64,000 bases of DNA from Longimicrobiales bacterium (GTDB taxonomy: Bacteria; Gemmatimonadota; Gemmatimonadetes; Longimicrobiales; Gaopeijiaceae), in NCBI GenBank assembly GCA_965204735.1, contig OZ242008.1, forward strand, positions 2,688,001 through 2,752,000. Direction: 5' to 3'. Positions 40,521-50,951 of the stretch are shown here, in pieces. The position numbers and the translations under genes are program-made. The notes beneath the pieces were generated by a model. It ran no database searches. It had not been told where the DNA came from and saw nothing but the letters and a program-made list of their open reading frames with translations. How positions within the stretch are numbered: the stretch's first letter is position 1; each line of letters begins with the position of its first letter.

Positions 40521-42278
40521 TCAGTCGCCGAAGGGCCTGCCGCCCATGCGCTGGCGCATCCGCTCCATGCGCTCCTGCTGCTGGGCCTGGAGCTGCGCGG
40601 CGCCGATCAAGGCCAGCTCGTCGCCCTCTTCCAGGCCTGCCAGGATCTCGGCGTAGTCCCAGTCGCTGAGCCCCATCACCACGGCGCGCGGGGCGATCAC
40701 GCCGGCCTCGTCCATCACAAAGGCGACCGCGGGCTGGAAGGTCGGGTCGCCGGTGGAACCTCCGCGGGCCGCCCTTTCGAGCGCGCCGGGGCCGAACGCG
40801 GCGCCCGCAACGCCCGACGGCAAGCGGCCTCCGGCGGGGCTGCGCGCCGAGGCATCGTCCGGGGCGGCGCGACGGCCCGCTGGTGCGGCTGCACGAGGCA
40901 CATCGGCCGAGGCATCGGCCGAGGCATCGTCCGGAGCGCCGTCCGGGGCGCCTTCCGGGGCGGCGCGACCCTCCGAAGCATCGCGACGGTCCGAGGCGGC
41001 GCCACCGGCTTCTCCGGCCGCCGCGCCCTCGCCGCGACGGCCTTGGCGTCTCTCTCGGGCGGCGGCAAAGATCGCCCGGGCCGAGTCCACGGTGATCTCG
41101 CCCGCCTCCACCTTGGCCCGCACCTCCGCCATTGGGCCGGCGAGAGCTCCGCCCGCGCCTCCCGCGCCGAACCTGCCGGCGGCGCTCGGCGACCCCTGCA
41201 CGCCCGCCTTGGCGGCCGCCTCGGCCATGAGCGGTCCCCATGCGGCCCGGTCTATCGACACGTTGGGGTCGAGGCCCAGCACCTCGGCGGCGGGCGCCAG
41301 CTCCCGAACCTGCACCACGGCGTTGTTCGGCACCGTGAGGGCGCCCAGCCGCTCGTTCACCAGGACCTCCACCTCGGCGTTCATCCCGGGCTTCAGCAGC
41401 CCGGAGCGGTTGTCCAGCAGCACGATCACCGGAAACATCGTGACGTTCTGCACCACCACGGCCTGGGGCTCGATCTTCTCGATCCGCCCCTGGAACGTCC
41501 TGTCCGGGAAGGCCTCGACGCCCACCGTCGCGCCCATCCCCGCCACGAGCTGCCCCATGTCCGTCTCGTCCACCAGCGTGCGGACGCGCATGTCGTCCAA
41601 GTTGGCCATGACGAAGAGGGTCGTGCCCCCCGAGACGTTGCCCGTGGCAGACTGGATGACCTGGCCGTTCTCGACGAGCCGCTCCAGGATCGTGCCCGAG
41701 ACGGGCGCCCGAATCGTCACGTCGGTCAGGCGCAGCTCGGCCAGCTCCAGGTTGGTCTGCGCCCTTACGAGGGCGGCTCGGGCGTTGGCGTGCTCGAGCT
41801 CCTGCTGCTCGTACTCCTGCGCGGTGATGACCTCCGAGTCGAGGAGCTCCTGGGAGCGCCCAAGCTGGGCCTCGGCGATCGAGAGCCGGGCCTGGGCCAC
41901 GTCCAGGTCGGCGGTGGCCTGGTCGTGGGCGTTCTCCACGTCCCGGGGGTCGACCCGCGCCAGCAGCGTGCCGGGCTCCACTTCGTCGCCCGAGTCCACG
42001 TAGAGCTGCAGTATCTCGCCGGACGCCTTCGACTTGACCTCGACCTTGTAGACGGGTTCGAGCTCGCCGGAGGCCTCTGCGGTGATCCGCATGTCCCTGA
42101 CCTCGGCGGGCGCCGTCTGGACGATCACTCCGTCTTCCTCGGCCGCACCCGCGCAAGCGGCGAGCCCCCACGCGACGGAGACCCCCAGGGCCGCCCAAGC
42201 CGCGGCGGGAGGTCGCCGGTCGCCGGCTCCGAGCCGCCGGCCGGAGTCCGTCCCCTCTTGCCCGACGCGCCGCATCAC
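40521..42278 (-). CDS. Efflux periplasmic adaptor (MacA-like) with long Ala/Gly-rich insertion
   Basis: [41 protein letters not shown]. Confidence 0.9.
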   Translation of the reverse strand: MMRRVGQEGTDSGRRLGAGDRRPPAAAWAALGVSVAWGLAACAGAAEEDGVIVQTAPAEVRDMRITAEASGELEPVYKVEVKSKASGEILQLYVDSGDEVEPGTLLARVDPRDVENAHDQATADLDVAQARLSIAEAQLGRSQELLDSEVITAQEYEQQELEHANARAALVRAQTNLELAELRLTDVTIRAPVSGTILERLVENGQVIQSATGNVSGGTTLFVMANLDDMRVRTLVDETDMGQLVAGMGATVGVEAFPDRTFQGRIEKIEPQAVVVQNVTMFPVIVLLDNRSGLLKPGMNAEVEVLVNERLGALTVPNNAVVQVRELAPAAEVLGLDPNVSIDRAAWGPLMAEAAAKAGVQGSPSAAGRFGAGGAGGALAGPMAEVRAKVEAGEITVDSARAIFAAARERRQGRRGEGAAAGEAGGAASDRRDASEGRAAPEGAPDGAPDDASADASADVPRAAAPAGRRAAPDDASARSPAGGRLPSGVAGAAFGPGALERAARGGSTGDPTFQPAVAFVMDEAGVIAPRAVVMGLSDWDYAEILAGLEEGDELALIGAAQLQAQQQERMERMRQRMGGRPFGD

Positions 42279-43024
42279 TTCGCCGCTCCCGTGTTGAGAA
42301 AGTCGCGCTCGACCAGTCCGTCCATCAGGTGAACCTGGCGGGACGCCGAGGCGGCGATGTCCGGCTCGTGGGTCACCAGCACGATCGTCTGGCCTGTTCC
42401 GTTGAGCTGCTTGAGGATCTCCACGATCTCGCGGGAGGTCTGGGAGTCCAGGTTGCCGGTGGGCTCGTCGGCCAGCAGGAGCGCCGGGTCGTTGACCAGC
42501 GCCCGGGCGATCGCGACCCGCTGCCTCTGCCCGCCCGACAGCTCGGGCGGCTTGTGCCCCATCCGGTCCGCCAGCCCCACTTGAGCGAGCTTCTCCTCGG
42601 CCTTGCGCTTCCGCTCCCTGGCCGGGGTTCCGGCGTAGATCAGGGGCAGCTCGACGTTGTGGAGCGAGGTCGCCCTCGGCAGCAGGTTGAAGGTCTGGAA
42701 GACGAAGCCGATGTCCCGGTTCCGCACCCGCGCCAGCTGGTCGTCGGAGAGCTCCGACACCTGCCGCCCGTTGAGCCAGTACTCGCCGGCGGTGGGCGTG
42801 TCCAGGCAGCCGATCAGGTTCATGAAGGTGGACTTGCCGCTGCCCGACGGACCCATGATGGCGACGAACTCGCCCTGGGCGATCTCCATGTCCACACCTC
42901 GGACCGCCCTCACCGTCTCCGCGCCCAGGACGTAGTACTTCCGCAGCCCCTGGGTCACGATGACCGCGCCGTTTCCGGCGGCGCCCGTCCGTCCGTCGCC
43001 GTTGCTTCCGTTCGTTTTCGTCAC
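42275..43024 (-). CDS. MacB/LolD-like ABC ATP-binding protein
   Basis: [31 protein letters not shown]. Confidence 0.95.
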   Translation of the reverse strand: MTKTNGSNGDGRTGAAGNGAVIVTQGLRKYYVLGAETVRAVRGVDMEIAQGEFVAIMGPSGSGKSTFMNLIGCLDTPTAGEYWLNGRQVSELSDDQLARVRNRDIGFVFQTFNLLPRATSLHNVELPLIYAGTPARERKRKAEEKLAQVGLADRMGHKPPELSGGQRQRVAIARALVNDPALLLADEPTGNLDSQTSREIVEILKQLNGTGQTIVLVTHEPDIAASASRQVHLMDGLVERDFLNTGAAK

Positions 43025-44340
43025 AACGCTCTCCCCACTATGGATTCGAGTTCGGCCTTGGCCACAACGTAGTCGTACCGAGCCGACACCAAATCTGCTT
43101 CAGCTTGGTCCAGCGCGACTTGGCTCGTGATCATGTCCAGGATCGTCGCCATCTGCACCGCGTAGCGTTCCCGGATCAGCCGCAGGTCCTCTTCCGCCAC
43201 CAGCACCGCCTCCCTGGCGATGGCGATGGCCTGCTCCTGCGTCTCCAGCGTGCGAAGGGCGGCGTCCACATCCTGGCGCACTCCGCGCCGGGCGTCGTCC
43301 TCCGCAAGACGGGCCACCCGCCGGCTCTCCGACGCCTGGGAGACGTTCTGGGATCGCTGGAAGCCGTCGAAGAGGGTGTAGCTCATCGACGTTCGGAAGT
43401 TCCAGCTCGTGGTGCCTCCGCTGAACGCGGGCTGCTGGTTGGCCCACGCCGACCCGAACGACGCCGACACGCTGGGAAGGTACGAGGCCCGCGCGCTCCG
43501 CTCCGCCGACCCGGCCGTCGCCGCGGCCGCCCGAGCGGCCTGGACCGCCGGCGACGTCGATTCGGCCAAGGCGACGATCTCCTCCTCGCTCAGCGCCAGC
43601 GGCACCGGGTCCAGGTTGCCGGGCAGCCTCGGCGCCACCGGGCCGCTCGCGCCCACTTGGCGGCCCAGCGCGAAGTGGGCGGAACGAAGCTGGTTGCGGC
43701 TCTGGAGAAGGGCTTGCCGGGCGTTGGCCAGCTCCAGGCGGGCGCGCAGGCTGTCGGACCGCGTGCCGGTGCCGACCCGAACCCGGGTGCGGGTGATCTC
43801 CAGGCTCTCGTCGGCGCGGGCGACCCGGGCCTCCGCCACCTGAGCCAGCTCGGACTGGCGCAGGGCGTTCACGAAGAGGTTGCGCGTCTGAAAGAGGACG
43901 GTGAAGCGCTGGCTCGCCGTCCGCGCCTCGGCTTCGAGTATTCCCGACTCCGTCCGCCGCAGCTCGGAGAACTTCCGCCCTCCCTGAAAGAGCTGGTAGG
44001 ACAGGTTCAGCGAGCCGTTGTACGAGTCGGCGCTTCCGGTCACCACCCGCTGCGTGTTGGGGTCGAATCGGTTCTGGCTCTGCACCGACGCGCCGCCGGC
44101 CAGGCTCAGGTTGGGCAGAAAGGACCCCCAGGCCCGCCTTCGCGCGCTTCCCGCGTTGACGAGGGACGCCATGCTCTGGGCCAGCTGGGGACTGTGCACC
44201 AGCGAGAGCTCGAGCGCCTCCTCCAGGGCCACCGTGTCGGCCGGCGCCTGCTGGCCGCGCGCTTCCTTCGGGGGCGCCGCCGCCCCCGCCGCGCCGAACG
44301 CCCACAGCGCGACGAGCAAGCCCTTGGCTCCGGCCTTCAT
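43021..44340 (-). CDS. TolC family outer membrane protein
   Basis: Signal peptide, two TolC repeats (FLPNL, YLPSV, LFDG), and operon context. Confidence 0.9.
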   Translation of the reverse strand: MKAGAKGLLVALWAFGAAGAAAPPKEARGQQAPADTVALEEALELSLVHSPQLAQSMASLVNAGSARRRAWGSFLPNLSLAGGASVQSQNRFDPNTQRVVTGSADSYNGSLNLSYQLFQGGRKFSELRRTESGILEAEARTASQRFTVLFQTRNLFVNALRQSELAQVAEARVARADESLEITRTRVRVGTGTRSDSLRARLELANARQALLQSRNQLRSAHFALGRQVGASGPVAPRLPGNLDPVPLALSEEEIVALAESTSPAVQAARAAAATAGSAERSARASYLPSVSASFGSAWANQQPAFSGGTTSWNFRTSMSYTLFDGFQRSQNVSQASESRRVARLAEDDARRGVRQDVDAALRTLETQEQAIAIAREAVLVAEEDLRLIRERYAVQMATILDMITSQVALDQAEADLVSARYDYVVAKAELESIVGRAL

Positions 44341-44807
44341 CTTCCGGCCCTCCCGTCGTCGTGGGACCGGCCGCTTCCCCGGGGCATCCGTCCCCGATCC
44401 CGTCCCCGATCCCGGCCTCGCCCGTCGTAGCGCGCGGAGAGCAGGGAGTCGTAGGCCTCCACCTGGGCCGGCGTGAGGACCGATCGGATCGAGTCGCGAG
44501 CCTGGGCGATCAGCGCGCGCTGCCTTGGCCGGTACGCCTCTTCGAACTCCCGGTCCAGCGCGCGCATCTGCGCTCCGAAGTGGTCGATGATGTCGTCGAC
44601 CTTGGCGCGGGTGGCCGGGTCCAGGCCGATCTCGTGAATGACCAGAGAGCGGCGCTCCGGGCCGTCGCCCCGGGACCTGGGGGCTTCCGCCGGGGCGGGC
44701 TGCGCGTCGCCGCTCCGCCATGCCAGCCCCGCCGCGAAGCCGGCGGCAAGGGTCAGCAGCAGGAGGACCGCCGAGACGAGCCGGGGGTGCTTTGGCGCGA
44801 TCGTCAC
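44337..44807 (-). CDS. Spy/CpxP-like periplasmic protein
   Basis: N-terminal TM segment and IRSVLTPAQ (LTxxQ motif). Confidence 0.65.
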   Translation of the reverse strand: MTIAPKHPRLVSAVLLLLTLAAGFAAGLAWRSGDAQPAPAEAPRSRGDGPERRSLVIHEIGLDPATRAKVDDIIDHFGAQMRALDREFEEAYRPRQRALIAQARDSIRSVLTPAQVEAYDSLLSARYDGRGRDRGRDRGRMPRGSGRSHDDGRAGR

Positions 44808-45193
44808 CGGCCGGCCTCCACCAGAGTCATGAAGGCCGTCGGCGCGCCGTCGCCCGCTCCGCTGATGATCGTCCGATAGAAGCCCTCGCCGACCTCGTTC
44901 TCCAGCATGTCCTCCAGGGCCATGGCGGGCGGGGCCGCCGGCGCCGGATCGTTCCAGGCGATCGCGCCCGCCAGGAAGGCGGCGACCAGGCCGGCCGCGA
45001 CCGCCAGCGGGATCAGGCTCCGGGACCAGCCCGTGAGGACCGTCTCCACCGACGTCCGCGCCCGCGTGCGCCGCGCTGCGAGCTCGAGGGCGGCCTTTTC
45101 CAGGACCCTGGCCCGGAACCGGTCCCAGTACTGCGGGGACGCGGAGGCCGGGTCGACCGCCTTCAGGGCTTCGATTCGGGTTCCGTCGTTCAT
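44804..45193 (-). CDS. Putative anti-sigma membrane protein
   Basis: YWDRFRARV, single TM segment, directly downstream of an ECF gene. Confidence 0.6.
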   Translation of the reverse strand: MNDGTRIEALKAVDPASASPQYWDRFRARVLEKAALELAARRTRARTSVETVLTGWSRSLIPLAVAAGLVAAFLAGAIAWNDPAPAAPPAMALEDMLENEVGEGFYRTIISGAGDGAPTAFMTLVEAGR

Positions 45194-45224
45194 TGTCGGC
45201 CTCGGGGGCATTGGCCTCGGTTGG

Positions 45225-45773
45225 CTACTCGTCGTCCTTCCACCCTGCCAGCTCCGTCCGCAGCGCCTTCCTTGCGAAGTGGAGGTGAGAGCGCACGGTG
45301 CCGGAAGGGATGCCGAGGCGCTCCGCAATCTCGTCGTGCTTCCATCCCTCCCAGTCGTGGAGGAGGACGATCTCCCGCTGCACCTCGGGCAACGTCTGCA
45401 ACGCCGCCTCCAACCGGCTCCGAAGCGCAGCCAGCTGCGCCGCCTTCGCCGGGCTCGGCTCCTTCGAGTGGGCGGTGTCGGGGATCGGGTCCCCGCTCCG
45501 CAGGCTTTCGCGCCGGACCAAGTTCCGCGCGCGGTTCCTGACGATCGAGAGGAACCAGGCGCCGAACCGGGCCGGGTTGCGACAGTCGTCCAGCCGCTGC
45601 AAAGCAGTCAGAAACGCCTCCTGTGCCGCGTCCTCCGCGTCCTGGTGGTTGCCGGCGACCGACAGCGCCACCGAGTACGCCGGCCTTTGGTAGCGTCGGA
45701 CAAGTTCGCCGAAGGCGTCGTGATCACCGGAACGAGCCAGGGCGACGAGTTCGGTGTCGGAAAGCTCCTTCAT
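45225..45773 (-). CDS. ECF RNA polymerase sigma factor
   Basis: AFGELVRRYQ, DAEDAAQEAF, FGAWFLSIVRN, EIAERLGIPSGTVRSHL. Confidence 0.92.
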   Translation of the reverse strand: MKELSDTELVALARSGDHDAFGELVRRYQRPAYSVALSVAGNHQDAEDAAQEAFLTALQRLDDCRNPARFGAWFLSIVRNRARNLVRRESLRSGDPIPDTAHSKEPSPAKAAQLAALRSRLEAALQTLPEVQREIVLLHDWEGWKHDEIAERLGIPSGTVRSHLHFARKALRTELAGWKDDE

Positions 45774-45831
45774 TCCTTCTTGTGACACGCGGGGGCGCGT
45801 TCTCGTTGAAGCGCTGAAGCTCCCCTGGGCG

Positions 45832-46545
45832 TCACCCGCCAGTGCGAAGGGCGGTCCGCCGGGCAAGGCGTCGTCGAGCGGCTCGTCGCCGGGCCACGGG
45901 GCTGTCCCCCCCGTCCTCCGGCTGCTCCGGCTGCCGGCGCTTCGGGGAGGGCGCCGTCGTCGGCGGGTCGGCCGCAGGCCCCGTCGGCGGCGGATCGGCT
46001 GCGGGCACCGCAGCCGGCGGATCGGTCGCAGGCCTCGCAGCCGGCGGATCGGTCGCAGGCACCGCAGCGGGAGGATCGGCCGCGGGTCCCGCAGCGTGTC
46101 GGCGACCCTGCTCGGCGGGCGCCGTCGCGGTCGGGTCGGCCTCCTGGACCGCGTCCTTCCGAGCGGAGCGATCTCGGGCGGCGACCGCCACCGCCGCCAG
46201 CGCCTCGTCCGGGACTTGGGCAAGCCGGGCGCCGACCACGTACGTCGCGTCCTCGGCGTCGGCGTCGGCGCCACCGCCGCTGGGCGGCTCCGGAACGACC
46301 CGCAGCAGCGGAACGGGGCCTGGGGAGCGGGCGCCGGTCGTCGAGGCGCCGGTCGCGCGGAACGTCCACGTCTCGCCGTCCACGTCGACCTGCCGTGAAC
46401 GGGCGTCGGCCACGGGCCCGGGGCGGCCCGGCGGAGGAGCAGGCGGGCGCGGCACGGGGCGGGGTTCGGCCCCGCGTCGGTTCGGGGAAGCCCCCGGAGA
46501 CGGCGGACGGCCGGGGGCGCCGGTTCCGGAAGCCGGCTCGCTCAC
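45832..46545 (-). CDS. Hypothetical protein with Pro/Ala-rich repeat tail
   Basis: GTGA overlap with the HNH stop. Globular core VDVDGETWTF..., then DPPAA repeats. Confidence 0.5.
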   Translation of the reverse strand: MSEPASGTGAPGRPPSPGASPNRRGAEPRPVPRPPAPPPGRPGPVADARSRQVDVDGETWTFRATGASTTGARSPGPVPLLRVVPEPPSGGGADADAEDATYVVGARLAQVPDEALAAVAVAARDRSARKDAVQEADPTATAPAEQGRRHAAGPAADPPAAVPATDPPAARPATDPPAAVPAADPPPTGPAADPPTTAPSPKRRQPEQPEDGGDSPVARRRAARRRLARRTALRTGG

Positions 46546-47105
46546 GGCTGCTCCCCTGGAGGACGCGGCAGCGGCACGACGTCCTCGCCGAAGAAGAGAC
46601 GGATGTACTTGGCCTGCACCGGCGTGACCCGCCGCACCGCCCACACCAGCCGCACGTGGTTCGGCTCGCCCGGAGTCCGGGTCAGCCGCAGGCCGGCCTC
46701 GTGGGGCAGCCGGCTCCCCTTCCGGTGATTGCAGGTGGAGCACGCCGTCACGACGTTCTCCCACTCGTTGCCGCCGCCCCGGGAGATGGGCACCACGTGG
46801 TCGCGGGTCAGGCTCTCCCTGTCTCGAAGGCGCCGCTTGTGGCGGCCGCAGTACTGGCAGGCGTAGCCGTCGCGGGCGAAGAGGAAGGTGTTGGTCACCT
46901 GCCGCCGGAACCGTCGGGGAACGTGGACGTAGCGCACCAGGCGGATCACCACCGGGAAGGGATGACGGGACCGCACCGACCGGAAGGCGCGCGCGGCGTC
47001 CTCCTCCAGCACCTCCGCCTTCTGCTCCAGCACCAAGCGGACCGCCCGCCTCGCGGGGACGATCATCAGAGGCTCGTAGGAAGCGTTCAGGGCCAGGCAG
47101 CTCAC
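46542..47105 (-). CDS. HNH endonuclease (McrA-like)
   Basis: LALNASYEPL, RDGYACQYCG, LTRDHVVPISRGG, WENVVTACSTCN..KG. Confidence 0.92.
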   Translation of the reverse strand: MSCLALNASYEPLMIVPARRAVRLVLEQKAEVLEEDAARAFRSVRSRHPFPVVIRLVRYVHVPRRFRRQVTNTFLFARDGYACQYCGRHKRRLRDRESLTRDHVVPISRGGGNEWENVVTACSTCNHRKGSRLPHEAGLRLTRTPGEPNHVRLVWAVRRVTPVQAKYIRLFFGEDVVPLPRPPGEQP

Positions 47106-47256
47106 GGGACTGGGCTCGTGTTGGTGCTCGAAGGGGCTTGGCGGGAGCGTCGCGTCGTCGGTCGGTCGGGACGGGTCGCCCAGCCTCGGGGAGCGACCGC
47201 GAGCCGCGGCAGTGGTCCGGGCGGCTCGTCGGATCGACCCATGGATTCTAACCAAC

Positions 47257-49701
47257 CTACATCAGGTTCAAGGGGTCGCGGTCGATGGAGACGCGGACCC
47301 GGGAGCCCTCCGCCTCGAAATCGTCGGCCGCGGCGTGGAGCGCGCGTCCCACGCCGGCCGCAGTCCCCCGGACCAGCACGTGCCAGCGGAAGCGGCCCCG
47401 AATCTTCTCGATCGGCGCCGGGGCCGGTCCCAGCACTTCGGCGCCGTTCGGGGCGCGCTTCCGAAGCCACGCCGCCAGCAGGTCGGCGTTCCGAAGGGCG
47501 TCTTCCTGGACGGGAGAGTGGACGAGCAGACGGGCCATCCGCATGAACGGCGGGTAGGCGGGGTCGGCCCGCGCCTTCGTCTCCCGCTCGACGAACCCCC
47601 GGTAGTCGTGGGCTCGGGCGGCGCGGACGACGTAGTGGTCGGGAACCCGCGTCTGAATCACCACGTCGCCCGGCAGGCTTCCCCGGCCGGCCCGTCCCGC
47701 CACCTGGGCCAGCAGGTGGAAGGTGCGCTCGCTCGCCCGGAAGTCGGGCAGGTGAAGTCCCACGTCCGCGTCGACCACCCCCACCAGCGTGACCCGGGGG
47801 AAGTCCAGTCCCTTGGCGATCATCTGGGTCCCCAGCAGGACGTCCACGGCGCCGTCCCTAAGCCGGCCCAAGATCTCGTGGTGAGACCACTTTCCCCGCG
47901 TCGTGTCCATGTCCATGCGCGCCACGCGGGCGGACGGCAGGCACTCCCGCAGAACACGCTCGACCTGCTCCGTGCCGAGCCCTCGGTAGGAGAGGTCGGC
48001 GCCGCCGCATCGGTCGCAGCGGAGCGGAGGCGGCTCGGAGTGGCCGCAGTGATGGCAGGCGAGGACGCGGCGGCTGCGGTGGTAGGTGAGCGAGACCGAA
48101 CAGCGGACGCACTGCCGCACGTCCCCGCACTCTCGGCAGCGGCAGACGTTGGCGTAGCCTCGGCGGTTCAGCAGCAGGATCGCCTGCTCCTTTCGGGCGA
48201 GGCACCGATCGAGGGCCTGGGCGAGCATGGGGGAAAGGACGTCGTCGGGCGGGACCCGGGCGGACGCCGCCGCGGCGGGGGCGTCCCGGGCGCCGGCGCG
48301 AGCGTCGCGGGAGTCGGCGTGGACCTGCCCGGCTTGGGCGTGGGTCTCGCCGGCTTGGGCGTGGGCCTCGCCGGCTTGGGCGTGGGCCTGGCCGGCTTGG
48401 GCGGAGTTGGCATGGGTCTGTTTGGCTTTGGCGTCGGCGGCGCCGGCGGCGCCCGACCCGGGTTCGGCCCCGCCTGCAACCGGCTTCTTGCGCAGGTCGG
48501 CGATGCGCACCTTGGGGAGGACGCCGCCGCCCACCCTCTCGGGAAGCGAGATCAAGCGGTACTTGCCCGACGCCGCGTTGGCCCAGCTCTCGAGCGCCGG
48601 CGTCGCCGAGCCCAGCACGCACACGGCGCCGGCGCGGGCGGCCCGCACCACGGCCACGTCCCGGGCGTTGTAGCGCGGCGCCTTGTCCGACTGCTTGTAG
48701 CTGGGCTCGTGCTCCTCGTCCACCACCACGACCCCTAGGCGCCGCACCGGGGCGAAGACGGCCGACCGGGCGCCCACCGCCACCCTCTTCCGACCCGCCC
48801 GGAGCTCTTGCCAGGCGTCGAAGCGCTCGCCGTCGGAAAGGCCCGAGTGAAGGACGGCCACCGCGTCGCCGAACGCCTGCCGGAAGCGGGACACGGTCTG
48901 GGGCGTCAGGGCGATCTCGGGGACGAGGGCCACCCCGCCTTCGCCCCGGGCGAGGACTCGCTTCAGCAGCTCGACGTACACCAGCGTCTTGCCCGAGCCC
49001 GTGACGCCGTGGAGCAGGAACGCGGCGCCTCCCTTCCCCAGGGCGCCTGCAAGCCGATCCACCGCCTTGCGCTGGTGGCGCGTGGGCACGAGGGCTGGTC
49101 CCTTGGCCGCCGGCACGTCCCGAAAGGGATCCCGGAGGACCGCCTCGCGTTCCACCTTGGCCACGCGTCGACGGACGAGGCCGGCGAGGATCGCCCGGCT
49201 GAAGCCCTGCTCCAGCATTGCGGCGACCGGCAGCGCGCCCCCGGCCCCCTGCAGCCGCTCGTACGCCTCCCGCTGGCGCGCGGCCCGTCCGAAGACCCGC
49301 TGCATCTCGTCCAGCGTACCGATCTCCTGCTCCACCCTGACCACCGAACGGGTCGCCGGCTTCGGCAGCTTCCACCGGCCCGAGAAGGCGGCCGGGGCCA
49401 TGGTGCGCAGGACGATCCCCGGCGGCGCCACGTAGTAGTCCGCGATCCATCGGGCCAGCTCCAGAAGCTCGCCGGCGACCGAGGGCTCGGCGTCCAGCAC
49501 CGCCTTCACGTCCACCAGCCCTGGCACTTCGTTCCCGGGCCCGAGGACCCATCCCACCATGGTCCGGCCCCGGAAGGCAACCCTGACCCGGGTGCCCGGC
49601 GACGGGGCGGCTCCCCGAACGCGGTAGCTGAACGTCTGGCGGAGCGGGACGGGGACCGCCACCTCCACCAGCGACTCCGGCGGGGTCCGGCCCCGGGACA
49701 C
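47257..49701 (-). CDS. priA: Primosomal protein N' (replication restart helicase)
   Basis: GVTGSGKT, VPEIALTPQ, DEEHE, four CxxC pairs, GTQMIAKGLDFP, QVAGRAGR, IDRDP. Confidence 0.96.
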   Translation of the reverse strand: MSRGRTPPESLVEVAVPVPLRQTFSYRVRGAAPSPGTRVRVAFRGRTMVGWVLGPGNEVPGLVDVKAVLDAEPSVAGELLELARWIADYYVAPPGIVLRTMAPAAFSGRWKLPKPATRSVVRVEQEIGTLDEMQRVFGRAARQREAYERLQGAGGALPVAAMLEQGFSRAILAGLVRRRVAKVEREAVLRDPFRDVPAAKGPALVPTRHQRKAVDRLAGALGKGGAAFLLHGVTGSGKTLVYVELLKRVLARGEGGVALVPEIALTPQTVSRFRQAFGDAVAVLHSGLSDGERFDAWQELRAGRKRVAVGARSAVFAPVRRLGVVVVDEEHEPSYKQSDKAPRYNARDVAVVRAARAGAVCVLGSATPALESWANAASGKYRLISLPERVGGGVLPKVRIADLRKKPVAGGAEPGSGAAGAADAKAKQTHANSAQAGQAHAQAGEAHAQAGETHAQAGQVHADSRDARAGARDAPAAAASARVPPDDVLSPMLAQALDRCLARKEQAILLLNRRGYANVCRCRECGDVRQCVRCSVSLTYHRSRRVLACHHCGHSEPPPLRCDRCGGADLSYRGLGTEQVERVLRECLPSARVARMDMDTTRGKWSHHEILGRLRDGAVDVLLGTQMIAKGLDFPRVTLVGVVDADVGLHLPDFRASERTFHLLAQVAGRAGRGSLPGDVVIQTRVPDHYVVRAARAHDYRGFVERETKARADPAYPPFMRMARLLVHSPVQEDALRNADLLAAWLRKRAPNGAEVLGPAPAPIEKIRGRFRWHVLVRGTAAGVGRALHAAADDFEAEGSRVRVSIDRDPLNLM
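48317..48416. repeat. 21-bp in-frame tandem repeat inside priA (HAQAGxx)
   Basis: ccggcttgggcgtggg.. repeated about 4 times. Boundaries approximate. Confidence 0.9.
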
Positions 49702-49712
49702 GGAAGCCCGGG

Positions 49713-50951
49713 TCAGTCCACGGGGAAGAGGAAGACGTCCTGCTGCGGTTCGTCCACGGTCACTTCGGGGCCGTCGGGTCCCATGTGGACGTTGATCTCG
49801 GTGCGGATGCCCACATCTCCCGGCACGTATATCCCCGGCTCCACCGAGAAGCCGACGCCCGGCACCAGCGCTCGGTCGTCGCGGGTCTCCAGGTTGTCCA
49901 GGTTGGGACCCCGACCGTGGATGTCGCGGTCGATGGAGTGGCCCGTGCGGTGGATGAAGCGTTCGCCCCATCCCGCGTCCGCGACGACCCCGCGCGCCAC
50001 GTCGTCCACCTCGAAGCCCCGGATCACGTCCCCCCTCGCCCACCGGGAGCGGAGCGAGTCCACCACGGCGTCCCTGGCGGCGGCCACGGCGTTCCAAAGC
50101 CGCCCGTACCTGGAGGGAAGCTCGCGGCCCATGTAGCCCATCCAGGTCTGGTCGGCGGGGGCCGACTCGTCGTGGAGCGCCCCCCACAGGTCGATGAGGA
50201 GCAGGTCGCCGGGGCGGATCGGCTCTCCGACTTCGCCGGGATCGTAGTGCGGGTCGGAGGCGGTGGGACCGATGGCGACGATGCAGTCCCGCTGGGCGGG
50301 AGCCCCTCGCCGGACGAGCTCGTCGCGGATCCACGACGCCAGTGCGCCTTCGGTGATCGAGTCGCCCCCGGCCAAGCGCTCCGCGGCCCGCTGGAAGGCG
50401 TCGGCGGCCAGCTCCTTCACCAGGGCCGAAGCCCGGCCGTGCTCCTCTCGCTGGGCGGGCGTCCACACGGCGTAGAAGGTGGACACCAGGTCGCCCGAAC
50501 CGACGAGTTCCACGCCGGTGGACCGGATCATCTCCTTTGCGCCGGCGGGGAGGAGGTCCAGGTACGGCACCGCCCCGCCCTCCGACGTCTCGGCGGCGAC
50601 CCGGGAGCATCCGTCCAGAAGCGCCTTCAGGCCGTCCCGCATCTGGCGCCAGCTGGAGTAGCTCGCCTTGGGCCACTCCAGGTGCCGCCACGACGAGCGC
50701 TCGATGGCGTGGATCAGGAGGCGGGGACGACCCTCGGCGGGCACCAGCGCGAAGCCGCGACGGGTGGTCCACTCCAGCCCCAGCAGCGCCCGCCCGATCG
50801 GGTTGCGGTCCTTGAAGTCGTAGAGGAGCCACCCGTCCAGCTCCCTTTCCCGCAGCGCGCCCTGCACCCGGGCGACGCCCTCGTCGGTCGCCAGCAACGC
50901 CTGGGACGCGCCCTGCCTCCCGGCGGCGACCCCGTGCGCGGCGTCATGCAT
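49713..50951 (-). CDS. M24 family metallo-aminopeptidase
   Basis: DPHY, LLIDLWG, ADQTW, HRTGHSI, FSVEPGIY, GIRTE. Confidence 0.9.
   Translation of the reverse strand: MHDAAHGVAAGRQGASQALLATDEGVARVQGALRERELDGWLLYDFKDRNPIGRALLGLEWTTRRGFALVPAEGRPRLLIHAIERSSWRHLEWPKASYSSWRQMRDGLKALLDGCSRVAAETSEGGAVPYLDLLPAGAKEMIRSTGVELVGSGDLVSTFYAVWTPAQREEHGRASALVKELAADAFQRAAERLAGGDSITEGALASWIRDELVRRGAPAQRDCIVAIGPTASDPHYDPGEVGEPIRPGDLLLIDLWGALHDESAPADQTWMGYMGRELPSRYGRLWNAVAAARDAVVDSLRSRWARGDVIRGFEVDDVARGVVADAGWGERFIHRTGHSIDRDIHGRGPNLDNLETRDDRALVPGVGFSVEPGIYVPGDVGIRTEINVHMGPDGPEVTVDEPQQDVFLFPVD

Noticed and set aside
46542..47105. HNH gene as a defence effector or homing element
   Set aside because: It is the common stand-alone LNASYEPL-type HNH in a housekeeping context, far from the DISARM locus.
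48240..48490. Intein in PriA or MetH
   Set aside because: The inserts are short, low-complexity repeats with no N-terminal Cys/Ser block or C-terminal His-Asn.
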